Shown here in pieces: positions 54,765-64,000 of a DNA stretch of 64,000 bases. The DNA is from an uncultured Acidobacteriota bacterium (GTDB lineage: Bacteria > Acidobacteriota > UBA6911). The notes under the pieces were generated by a model, which made no database searches, had not been told where the DNA came from, and saw only the letters and a list, made by a program, of their open reading frames with translations. A program made the translations under genes and the position numbers. Every line of letters begins with the position of its first letter. Positions within the stretch are counted from its first letter, which is position 1. The stretch spans positions 160,001 to 224,000 of the forward strand of contig CAWJKZ010000019.1 in NCBI GenBank assembly GCA_963843575.1, in the 5' to 3' direction.

Positions 54765-54912
54765 GCAGCCCAGGGTGGAGGACCCCGGTTTCAGGTGTCC
54801 GGAACCCTGGGTAGAGGATCGAGACCACGCAAGCCCTGAAAGGGCGACACAACGATGTGTCGCCCTTTCAGGGCTGCGGCTCGCTTCGCTCGCCTTGGCC
54901 CTGGGCTATCCC
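54765..54912. repeat. REP-like palindromic cluster (family C)
   Basis: Perfect 20-bp inverted repeat AGCCCTGAAAGGGCGACACA-ACGA-TGTGTCGCCCTTTCAGGGCT at 54832-54875, flanked by AGCCCAGGGT..ACCCTGGG and CCCTGGGCT. Confidence 0.85.
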
Positions 54913-54955
54913 GGCGCTTCAGCGCCTGGCGGAGATGCTGCACTATCGGTTACTA

Positions 54956-57608
54956 CTATCGGAGGATCACTGTGTACCGGAAGTTCTCCGCCGTGGCCCA
55001 ATCCTTGGGATCCGGCTCCTGACCGAAGGTGGTGACGTGCAGAATCAGGTCGTGGGTCACCCGGTCTTCAATCAGACAAAAATTAGAGAACTGGATGTCG
55101 CCCTGGCCAAGCTGACGATCGTCGATGGCCGTGATGGTGCTGCGCCTCAGAGCTGCCTTCTCTTCGTCCACCTCGGCGATGACAAGCGGATAGCGTGGCG
55201 AATTCCCGGACGGCGGCGTGGCACTGATGTTGCCAAGCCAGTAGAGCTTGCCGGTTACTCTGTGGCGAATCATGCGGTGGAACGACGACGGCGAGTAGAA
55301 GCTGGAACCGTCATCGTATTTCCATTCGGCGGGCGCGCCAAACGTGCGGCCGCCGTCGGTGGACAGGCTGTAGAACTTGCGTCCGGGCGTCCTCGCTGCC
55401 GTGCCGTCCCAGCCGCGGGTTGAACCGCGCCACACTACAAGCAATCGACCGTCCCGCAGCTCGGCGAGTTCCGGCTCCATGAGTCCGCGCGCCGACACCT
55501 CGGGCGCAATTTCGACGCGCCCGCCGGTTGTCCAACGGTATTCATTTGCACCAGCATTCCACCGGCCGAGGAAGCACACAGATCCCATGCGCCACGGCCG
55601 CGAGTCGTTGTCCGGATCGCCGGGCGCATTTGCATGCGCCAGACAGATCACCAGACTTCCGTCCGAACGCACCAGGATGTTGTTGCCCGGATAACCTTCG
55701 TTGCGATTGAGGAAACCCGCCTTCAGCGGTTCATCCGCGTCGAAGGCGTTGCACGCTTCGTAACAAAGCTGTCTTGGCTCGCCCCACGTGCGCCCCTGGT
55801 CACGCGACGTGCGGACATAGGTGAAGTTGTGGTAGACACCTTTGACCTCAATCTGGCGCAGCCACAGCTGTACGAGGAGCATCGAAGCGGGATCAAAAAC
55901 GGTCGCGCCTTCCACTTCCGAGATCGCGACTCCCCTATAGCTCACCTTGTTTGACGGCTGAACCGGCACGAACCCGGACCATGAACGGCCGTTGTCAGGG
56001 GACCAGCGAGCCTTGATCTGTTCGCCGACGTCGGAGGTGCGCTCGATGCCATTCACCTCCCGGAGTTCGTGCTTCGGGCCGACATACTCCAGCGAGACCC
56101 AAGGTGCGATCCGAGGCGCCGGGTGTTTCAAGTAAAGCTCCTTTTTGACCAGCGCTATCGGCAGGTTGGACTTCCATGGAGCGGCTGCGGCTTCACCCTC
56201 CGCCGCACGCATCACCCGTCGGATGGCCTGAACCAGGCGCAGCTCGGAACCAGGCGCTACCCACGACCAGTCCTTCAAGTTGTCGTCGTGCTCGGCAATG
56301 TGGCGTTCCGTCGGGATGTAGCCGGTCGCCCCCTCGCCATATCCCGGCGACCAGCACGAAGCTGTCGGGCATCATGCGTTGCGCGGCAAGCTGGAATTCG
56401 ACGTACGACTCGCCGGGCAGAAGCAGCAACTGGGCAGCACCGAAATCGAGACACGGAATTTCGATGGTATGGCCTTCTGCGACGCGATGACGCCAGCTCA
56501 GACCCATCGCCGCGAGGCATTGTTGAAACGGACGGAGGTCGGCGGTAATTGTGCGCTCGAGGTCAGCGGCGGTGAAGCCAGGGCCGTCGCGCGGTTCGAG
56601 GCGAACATGGTCAACGCGGAACTCAACGTGGGAGATCGGGACGCGCCGGGTCGCGTTCCAGGCATCGACCATGGCCCTGTAGAGACGTCCGGCGAGCGCA
56701 GGGCGGTTTTCGGGGGCGCCATTGTTGTATTTTCCGGCGGTCACATTGCCCGCGCAGCCCGTGAAGTAGATCTGCTTCACACCCGGCGTATCTTCCTGGC
56801 GCCGTCGCCGGGCCAGGCCCGGGAAGTCTGCGGAGACCTCCCCTTGCCCGTAGTAGCTCATGGGATGCACGGCGTAGCCGCTCACCGCGGCGATGGGCAC
56901 GTCGCCGTCCCAGAAGCTCACGGTCTTCAGCCAGGGATCGATCAGGTTTTCAGGTGCGTCGCTGGCCACCGGGAGGCGCGTGCTGCTGGTCCGGTCGAAG
57001 CGCACCGAGCCGTCGGGTGCGAGATAGCGGCGGTTGGACCCAATTTTCTCGACCTGCGCCTGGCCCAGCCCGAGGTGAGAGACGCGCCGCGCCGAAGCCA
57101 GGGAAGCGCGCAGCGCTGTCGCCACGCGCTGCACCGCAACTTCGTGAAACGCCGGATCGCAGATCGTTCCCTTCGCATTCCGCTCCCGCAGCATCCGCTC
57201 AGCCGCCAGATCGGCCACGGGTGCGTCGTGTTGATGGACCGTGGCAACCATTACACGCTCAGACTCTGTGCCGGCAGCGGCTGCGAGGACCGACTGCCAT
57301 CGCTCAAATGCTTCATTCCGGATTTCGCACCAATCCACGGCCACGAACACCACAGGCTTGCCGACACCCAACAATACCAATCCATGCGCTTCCAGGGGAT
57401 CGGCGATGCTCTTTGAGAGCCAGGACCCGCCCATCATGCCGTGGCTTAATGGGACCGTGACATCGGCGGAGAAAGTGGCCAGGCGGAAGACAGCAGGAGT
57501 CTCGTCGAGAGCAGGAACCCGCGGTCCCGCCAGGAGTCCGAGAGAGAGACTTACGACCGCCAACGTTCGGATCCCCGGAAGCCGGAAAATCCATCTTCGA
57601 AGATCCAT
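54956..57608 (-). CDS. probable fusion of a neutral-ceramidase-like hydrolase and a BNR/sialidase domain (one apparent frameshift at about 56342)
   Basis: N-part ADVTVP, DPLEAHGLV, TVHQHDAP, YAVHP, SADFPG, GCAGNV, LPGE. Removing one G reads AGYGEGATGYIPT into the 54956-56278 ORF, which has Asp-boxes SPDNGRSW, SRDQGRTW and STDGGRTF. Confidence 0.72.
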
Positions 57609-57648
57609 TCTCACTCCCAACATGGCGCAGGTCGGGGCCCCGGACAAC

Positions 57649-58755
57649 TCACAGATCATCCAGCTGAACTATCGCGCCTCCTGCCTCGACACTCCGATGA
57701 ACGGCGAGCGCGGTTCTTGTGGCCTCCAATCCGTCATACCCATCGGCATGCAGACCTGCCAGATCCCGGACGGAGCCGCCGTTCAATATGTGATTCAGAT
57801 TGTCGGCAAAATTCCGGATGGACTCGATGCCATACCCGCCATACGACGGCTCTCCCTTGCCATTCGTCCCCTCCGTGAAGAAGCCCAGATTGAAGGTCTG
57901 CATCACCGGTTCCTTCCGGCGGTGCATATCCAGGGGGTCTGCCAGGCAGCCGCGGGCACCGCGGTCCTGAGTGTCCACCTCCATGACGCCATCACTGCCG
58001 ACGATGCGAATACCTTGGTTAACTACGGCTTCAAAGCCGTCAGGCAGTATCCAGGAGGTGTCTACAGCCATGCTCGCTCCGTTCTTGAGCACCAGCTTTG
58101 CCTGAATCGAATCGTAGGTGTCGATGCCGAGCGCGACAAGTTTCTTTTTGATGCCAGTCGCAGATACGAACTGCCCATCGGATTGCACCAGCCATCTGAT
58201 GAGGTCATACATATGAACGCCAAGAAACCAGGCCGGGGAGCTATTTGCCGCCCAGCAGGGGAACCAATCGCGAGGTACCTCGATACGGTCTTCAACGTGC
58301 GCATACCCGTATTCGATTTCGCCCAGGCCACCCCGGGCCACCAGATCTCGAAGTCCGCGATGATAAGGATCAAATCTTTTGTGAAAATCGACCTGCAACA
58401 GAAGATTCCCGGCTTCGGCTGCCGCGATAATATCGCGACAACCTGTCACCGTTATGTCGAGGGGTTTTTCCACGAGTACATGCTTGCCGGCTTGCAGACA
58501 ATAGACAGCCATTTCCCGATGGAGATGATCGGGTGTGACGATCGACACGCCGTCAGGGCTGGTGTCGTCAATCATCCTCCGATAGTCCGTAAACGTGTCG
58601 ATTTCATATTGCCGCCGCCGCCTGGACAGCACAGCTTCATCGATGTCGGAAAGGCCGACCAGCTTTGCTCTCCCTTCACGCTGCATTTGGGAAAAGGCAC
58701 GAATGTGCATCTCGCCGAACCTTCCAGCCCCGATGACGGCTACCCTTGCCACCAT
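57649..58755 (-). CDS. Gfo/Idh/MocA family oxidoreductase
   Basis: VAVIGAGRFG, TPDHLH, GKHVLVEKP, HKRFDP. Confidence 0.93.
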   Translation of the reverse strand: MVARVAVIGAGRFGEMHIRAFSQMQREGRAKLVGLSDIDEAVLSRRRRQYEIDTFTDYRRMIDDTSPDGVSIVTPDHLHREMAVYCLQAGKHVLVEKPLDITVTGCRDIIAAAEAGNLLLQVDFHKRFDPYHRGLRDLVARGGLGEIEYGYAHVEDRIEVPRDWFPCWAANSSPAWFLGVHMYDLIRWLVQSDGQFVSATGIKKKLVALGIDTYDSIQAKLVLKNGASMAVDTSWILPDGFEAVVNQGIRIVGSDGVMEVDTQDRGARGCLADPLDMHRRKEPVMQTFNLGFFTEGTNGKGEPSYGGYGIESIRNFADNLNHILNGGSVRDLAGLHADGYDGLEATRTALAVHRSVEAGGAIVQLDDL

Positions 58756-58826
58756 GTCTGTTCCTCGCTCGAATCACTGTCACCAAATCCAAGAATAGGG
58801 TCAGGCGATGCCTTCCGGTTCGTCTA

Positions 58827-60170
58827 CTACCTCAAAACAGATTGAAGCGCCTTCGCGGCCACAAGAACAATAGAAAGAAGGCTCAGCCACAAAGCGACGT
58901 CGAAGACGCGTGAAGGCACCAGTCGCCGGTCGGTATGCCTGTATCGGAAGACAAACGCCTGGTAGGCCACAACCAGCAAGAACAGCGAGTTGGCAATTCC
59001 CATGAATACCACTAGAAAAAGGGGCTTCCGGACAGTCAGGTAAACCGCACCCCAGACGGAAGGGAGCAGCCAGGACAACACAGCCACGGCAACCCTTCTA
59101 TCCTTCGGATCGGCAGGGTCTAGGAGCCTGAATATTCCGAGAAGGTCCGTCCAAAGGCGAGAAAATCCGGCAGTATTTGAAAAGAGGGTCGAGAAGAGGA
59201 CCGTGAACGCGCATATCATATATACGATCTGCGATCTTTCGCCAAGAACCCCGGTGAAGATTCCCGAGAGCTGCACAATCAGTCCACTGCCATCGGCTAG
59301 GTTTCCCTGAGGCCGTAATACGGATGCTCCGAGCAAGTAGAAGCCGCAGGTCGCCACAGTATAAATCAGCATCGAAACTATCGCGTCAAGTTGCATGACC
59401 CGGATCCAGCCTCGCGCCCGCATGGCCCACTGGGGAGAGTCATCACGGGAACCGGCCCACGCTGAATAGCCTTTCTCGAGACACCAATAGGGGTACATGA
59501 CTATCTCACCGCCTGCTATCCCGGTGATGCCAAACACCGCTATGGCTAATGCCAGCCCGTCTGGAGGCAGCGCAAAGGTCAAACCGCTCGCAAGATCCTG
59601 AAGATTAAAAGCATACTGTGTCCGCAGAATGGCGAAATTGCAGTAAAGGACAGAAGAGACGAACACACAGTTTAAGAAGGCAGCCAGCTTCTCTATTGGC
59701 GCGTACCTCCCATGGCACACCAGGAACCCGAGCAGCATGACGATGAGCGCGACCAGTACTTCGATTCGGACCCGGGGCACGAGGTAGACAAGTACCTGCG
59801 CGGCTCCGCCTATTATTCCGCCGGCCCCGACGAAGCCCGCCAGGATGAAAATAAATCCGATGTATACGGTCCAATGGACGCCATGAATCCTGGGGCCCAC
59901 CGTGGCATTCCATGCCTCGAGGGAGGGCCTGCCGCAGCCGATACAATGCCGCCCATACTGCAATTGGACGGCCACCTTTGCAAAGCAGCTGAAGAGAATT
60001 ACCCACAGGAGAACGAATCCCGCCTTTGCACCAAGAGCCGTGGTGGCGATCAACTCGCCAGATCCCACGATTGCAGCGGACAGGATGAACCCCGGACCCA
60101 GAAAGCGTACTGCAGATAGAATTGTCGTCGGAGGGTTGAGGATCCCACGGGCTGGCTCTGGGGTGCTCAT
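58827..60170 (-). CDS. Nramp-like (APC superfamily) transporter
   Basis: LGPGFILSAAIVGSGELI, YPYWCLEKGY, about 11 TM segments. Confidence 0.85.
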   Translation of the reverse strand: MSTPEPARGILNPPTTILSAVRFLGPGFILSAAIVGSGELIATTALGAKAGFVLLWVILFSCFAKVAVQLQYGRHCIGCGRPSLEAWNATVGPRIHGVHWTVYIGFIFILAGFVGAGGIIGGAAQVLVYLVPRVRIEVLVALIVMLLGFLVCHGRYAPIEKLAAFLNCVFVSSVLYCNFAILRTQYAFNLQDLASGLTFALPPDGLALAIAVFGITGIAGGEIVMYPYWCLEKGYSAWAGSRDDSPQWAMRARGWIRVMQLDAIVSMLIYTVATCGFYLLGASVLRPQGNLADGSGLIVQLSGIFTGVLGERSQIVYMICAFTVLFSTLFSNTAGFSRLWTDLLGIFRLLDPADPKDRRVAVAVLSWLLPSVWGAVYLTVRKPLFLVVFMGIANSLFLLVVAYQAFVFRYRHTDRRLVPSRVFDVALWLSLLSIVLVAAKALQSVLR

Positions 60171-60516
60171 ACGGGCTCGCTCATTCTCGATCGAGGAGTT
60201 GGCGTCATGCGACTACACCGATAAGCGCGACGGATTGGGCGACAGCGTGAATAATCCCGACCATCATGCCCCGGGTATGGTTATCGCCTGTGTCGACTTC
60301 CCGGCCGTTCGCCACGCGCTGCTCCGGCAATCCGATCGTCAATTCGCTGCCGCGAGTACAGAACGGTTCAGCGCAAACAACCATCCTATGCAGGATCCGG
60401 CTGTTCCTCGTCTCTTCGGTGTATATGTGGTTAGGCTAGCACTGTTTGTCGGATTAGGATAATAGTAAACGCTCCGTTGCATGAAGTCCGGAACGCCTGC
60501 GTGCCAATCCTGGAGC

Positions 60517-62052
60517 TCACGGCACTTGCACGGTCCCGGACCGGCGGGCAACAATCAGGCTGCGCGGAGCTATGGTCCAGCGCGAGGCCGGGCGGGAATC
60601 GGAGGCATCGCAGAGGACATACGGATGACGGGTTGTGACCTCGACGGCGGTGCGCGAGAAATTCGCCAGGGCCAGATACAGGTCGCGGTTTACGAAAGCG
60701 CTGACCACCACCTGATCAGGAAGGGGTCCGGCAAACAGATCGCTGTCGGTGATCTCTAGGAAGACCATCGTGCCCCTTTCAACCATCGGTCGATAGAGCT
60801 TCAGCCATCGGAAGTACGTCGGGCGGGCCTCGGGCCGGCCCGGGCAGCTGTCCCACCACCCATAGGTGAAAGGACCCTCCGGATGAGACTTGTAGAATTC
60901 GCCTACCTTCCGCAGGTGCTGCATCCAGAATTCGGTTTCCTTGGCCGTATAGTTGACTCCAGGGACTGAGATGCGCTCCCCTGTAAAAGGGCGCCCGGCC
61001 AGAAGCAGCGGGAACTGCAGGTACGGGATCGCATGAAGATACAGCTCGTTTTCGTTCGCGATCCTGACCCGGCTCATGTCCACACAGGGAACGAGGTAGG
61101 GCGGATGGTCTTTAACGGTCTCCCGCAGGCGGTCGAGGTTGCTGACGCCCTCGCCGACCCAGAAATAGTCGTAGAGCCGGCGTCCTGCCGGCGGGCGCCG
61201 TGTCCCGTGATACCACTGACCCGCATGTAGCCACACCACGCCCCGATAGTGTTTCACCTCTTCATAGATGATCTCGAGCAAGTCCTCGAACGCTCCGTCA
61301 ACCTTCTCCGATTCCTCGAACGCGTCGAACTCATCCGGGGTAAGGGGCTGCTTGAGGGCGTAGGCCTGAGAGTAGCCGACATCGTTGTACAGCCCGTCGA
61401 CCTCGTACTCATCCAGGATTCTGCGCAGCCTGGTCAAGAGATAGGTACGCCAACCCACGCTTGCGGGGGAGCAATGAGCGTAGCGGTAGTAAACTTCGAT
61501 CAGGTCCCTTGGATCACGAGCCCACTCGGGACGAAAATCCGGATCATTGCGTTCGAAATAGCCACTGGACGTATACGGGATCAACTTCATGCCGAGCTGA
61601 TGGCACCAACGGATGAACCGCTTGAATCCGTCCTTGTTCACGGGAGTAAACTTGTCTCCGCCGAAGAGGCGTTCAGCGTCGTTCCACTCCTCATGGACAT
61701 GGATCCACTCGATACCGCCGCTGCGGAGTTCCTCCAGTTGGCTCCGGTCCCAATCATCGGGATTCCATGGCTTCCGCGCAGGGTATTCGCCCAGGTTGTA
61801 AGCGGCGTGACCCGGGACGTAGTCTCCGATCATCTGCTGCCGCATGCATTTGCGAATGGTGCGGCGGCACTCCTGGATGAAATGCAGCCGGCGCCGGTGA
61901 TCTTCGTGCGTGCCGATCACGATCGACAGACTCCTGTCGGGCAGCTTTGGAGGGTCCTGTTCCTGCCCGGTCGGCGAGCTTTGTGCCGTGCGGCCTGCGC
62001 CAAGGCCCGCCGAGCCGGCGGCCCCGAATTTCAGGAATTCCCTGCGTTTCAT
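60517..62052 (-). CDS. Tat-exported hypothetical TIM-barrel glycoside-hydrolase-like protein
   Basis: MKRREFLK; FKRFIRWCHQLGMKLIPYTS; EYEVDGLYNDVG. Confidence 0.7.
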   Translation of the reverse strand: MKRREFLKFGAAGSAGLGAGRTAQSSPTGQEQDPPKLPDRSLSIVIGTHEDHRRRLHFIQECRRTIRKCMRQQMIGDYVPGHAAYNLGEYPARKPWNPDDWDRSQLEELRSGGIEWIHVHEEWNDAERLFGGDKFTPVNKDGFKRFIRWCHQLGMKLIPYTSSGYFERNDPDFRPEWARDPRDLIEVYYRYAHCSPASVGWRTYLLTRLRRILDEYEVDGLYNDVGYSQAYALKQPLTPDEFDAFEESEKVDGAFEDLLEIIYEEVKHYRGVVWLHAGQWYHGTRRPPAGRRLYDYFWVGEGVSNLDRLRETVKDHPPYLVPCVDMSRVRIANENELYLHAIPYLQFPLLLAGRPFTGERISVPGVNYTAKETEFWMQHLRKVGEFYKSHPEGPFTYGWWDSCPGRPEARPTYFRWLKLYRPMVERGTMVFLEITDSDLFAGPLPDQVVVSAFVNRDLYLALANFSRTAVEVTTRHPYVLCDASDSRPASRWTIAPRSLIVARRSGTVQVP

Positions 62053-62355
62053 CTTGGACTCCCCCTATCGTAGACTCCGAAACAGTCGCGGCCCGGGACG
62101 CTGAGCTCTTATTAGTGCATCATATTTCCAACCCATGTGTCGAGGGCGAAATTGGTTCCGTTCCCAACAGAGCTGATGGGATCGATTTGCCCGGCTCTTG
62201 CGCTGCAGGTACCGGGGATACAACTTGTGCGGCCTGAGGGATTGGCCTATAAATGCATTCCGAATTCACGGAAACCTGCTCGGGTTCCCTCAGCCCTGCA
62301 GCGCATTGGCAACCCGGCCGCATCCCTGGTGTGCCTTTCTAGGAAGGGGAGCAAC

Positions 62356-63651
62356 ATGACGAGTGTTGGTGGCATCCAGTCTTACCCGAGGTCAATCGTC
62401 CTATTCCCATGCGTCTTGATATGCCTTTGCGTGGCGCCCTGCCTGGCACGTACCGGGCAATACGATCTCCTGATCAAGGGGGGGCATGTTATCGATCCGA
62501 AGAACCAGATCAATGCGGTTATGGACGTAGGTATTGCGGGCGGCAAGATCATTCAGGTGGCGCCCGGCATTGCCTCCGACCAGGCCGCAGCAGTAGTTGA
62601 TGCGCGCGGGCTGTATGTCACTCCCGGATTCGTGGATATCCACACGCACGTTTTTTGGGGCACTGAACCTGCTGCCGATTACAGCGACAGTTATGGCAGT
62701 CTTCCGCCTGATGGATTTACATTCCGGGCGGGAGTGACCACGGTCGTCGATGCAGGCGGCGCCGGGTGGAGCAATTTCCTTCAGTTCAAACAGCAGACTG
62801 TCGACCACTCCAAAACCCGCGTCCTCGCCTTCCTCAACATCGTAGGCTCCGGCATGAAGGGAGGTCCGGTGGAGCAGAACCTGTTGGATATGGATCCGAA
62901 GCTGACGGCGTTGTGCATCAAACAGAATCCCGGGACCCTGGTCGGAGTTAAAGTGGCGCACTACGAGGGCCCGGAGTGGGACCCCGTCGATCGGGCCGTG
63001 GAGGCGGGCCGGTTGGCTGACGTTCCCGTAATGGTCGATTTCGGTGAGTTTGTGCCCGCACGGCCGTTCCGAGATCTCGTGCTAGTGCACCTGCGCCCCG
63101 GGGACATTTACACGCACGCATTTTTTGGCCAGGTCCCGCTCCTCGATGCCCAAGGCAGGGTTCGGCCGTTCTTCTTCCAGGCCCGCAAGCGCGGCGTGAT
63201 TTTCGACACCGGCCACGGCGGGGCCAGTTTCCCATTCCGGCACGCAGTCCCTGCCATGGACCAGGGTTTCGCTCCCGATTCGATCAGCACCGACTTGCAC
63301 ATCGACAGCATGAATGCGGGAATGAAGGACATGCTCAACGTGATTTCGAAGCTACTCAACCTTGGGATGTCGTTGGAGGATGCCATTCTGCGCTCCACGT
63401 GGAATCCCGCCACGGAAATCAAACGGACCGATCTCGGCCATCTGAGCGTGGGAGCCACGGCAGATCTGGCTGTCCTGAACCTGCGACATGGACGTTTCGG
63501 ATTCGTTGATGCCGAGGGTGGCAGGTTGATGGGGACCAAGAAGCTCGAGTGCGAGCTCACAATCCATGACGGACAGGTTGTGTGGGACTTGAACGGCATT
63601 TCCAGGCCGGACTGGCACAAAGTACCGCCCAAGTGGGTTCCGCCGAAATAG
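62356..63651 (+). CDS. amidohydrolase/deacetylase family metallohydrolase (dihydroorotase-like)
   Basis: DLLIKGGHVIDP, PGFVDIHTH, GVTTVVDAG, GDIYTH, DTGHGGASF, ISTDLH. Confidence 0.9.
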   Translation: MTSVGGIQSYPRSIVLFPCVLICLCVAPCLARTGQYDLLIKGGHVIDPKNQINAVMDVGIAGGKIIQVAPGIASDQAAAVVDARGLYVTPGFVDIHTHVFWGTEPAADYSDSYGSLPPDGFTFRAGVTTVVDAGGAGWSNFLQFKQQTVDHSKTRVLAFLNIVGSGMKGGPVEQNLLDMDPKLTALCIKQNPGTLVGVKVAHYEGPEWDPVDRAVEAGRLADVPVMVDFGEFVPARPFRDLVLVHLRPGDIYTHAFFGQVPLLDAQGRVRPFFFQARKRGVIFDTGHGGASFPFRHAVPAMDQGFAPDSISTDLHIDSMNAGMKDMLNVISKLLNLGMSLEDAILRSTWNPATEIKRTDLGHLSVGATADLAVLNLRHGRFGFVDAEGGRLMGTKKLECELTIHDGQVVWDLNGISRPDWHKVPPKWVPPK

Positions 63652-63832
63652 TGCCGCCGGGGGACTCGCACGCCCAATTCTCAATCTTCGCATCTGTGGA
63701 GCTTTGGCAACCCATGAGACAGATTTTGGGTAACCGCTGTGGTGCCGATTCCGGCGAGACCCCCCCGGCTCCATCCGGACTGACGTCCAATTGCTGAGCC
63801 GGCCGGACCTCCGACGGTTGTGCAGATGTCGC

Positions 63833-64000
63833 TCAAGCGGCGAGCAGTTTCCGCATCGACGCTTCGATCTTGGAAGCGGAGAGACCGTATTGGTCGAGCA
63901 GCCACTCATGGCTCCCAACCTGCGACACGTATCGATCCGGAAGCGCCAGCCTGAGGAACTTCCTGGGCCGAATGCCTGCATCCATCAACGCCTCGGCCAC
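63833..64000 (-). CDS. transketolase C-terminal domain protein (3' end only)
   Basis: Manual translation: VAEALMDAGIRPRKFLRLALPDRYVSQVGSHEWLLDQYGLSASKIEASMRKLLAA*. Confidence 0.75.
   Translation of the reverse strand: MAEALMDAGIRPRKFLRLALPDRYVSQVGSHEWLLDQYGLSASKIEASMRKLLAA

Overview
GC-rich bacterial chromosome segment whose gene content and protein families look Acidobacteria-like (inference). Many genes carry single-base indels, including essential dnaG, which points to unpolished long-read errors. Positions 1-18.8 kb are mostly core genome: queF, a wHTH regulator, xseA-xseB-ispA-(no dxs)-tlyA-nadK, maf, a probable UGA-recoded UshA-like selenoprotein with a SECIS-like hairpin, a DciA-like gene, a beta-propeller protein, rpsO-pnp-larB and dnaG-rpoD. 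Between rpoD and tRNA(CAT) is a compact module of an ECF sigma factor, a zinc anti-sigma-TM-TPR-CHAT (caspase-like) protease, a secreted protein and a small zinc anti-sigma-like protein. A 6.4-kb integrative element is inserted in the tRNA. It has a 47-bp att duplication, a tyrosine integrase, arm-type repeats, two toxin-antitoxin pairs and an IS91 remnant. Decayed island material follows (ankyrin-HTH protein, WYL-type HTH remnant, Fic, DUF433, Phd/PIN, AlpA remnant), then a carbohydrate-utilisation-rich accessory region. The two strongest leads are the hidden selenoprotein at 7245-8277 and the sigma/anti-sigma-CHAT protease system at 19007-24079. No CRISPR array or rRNA was seen.
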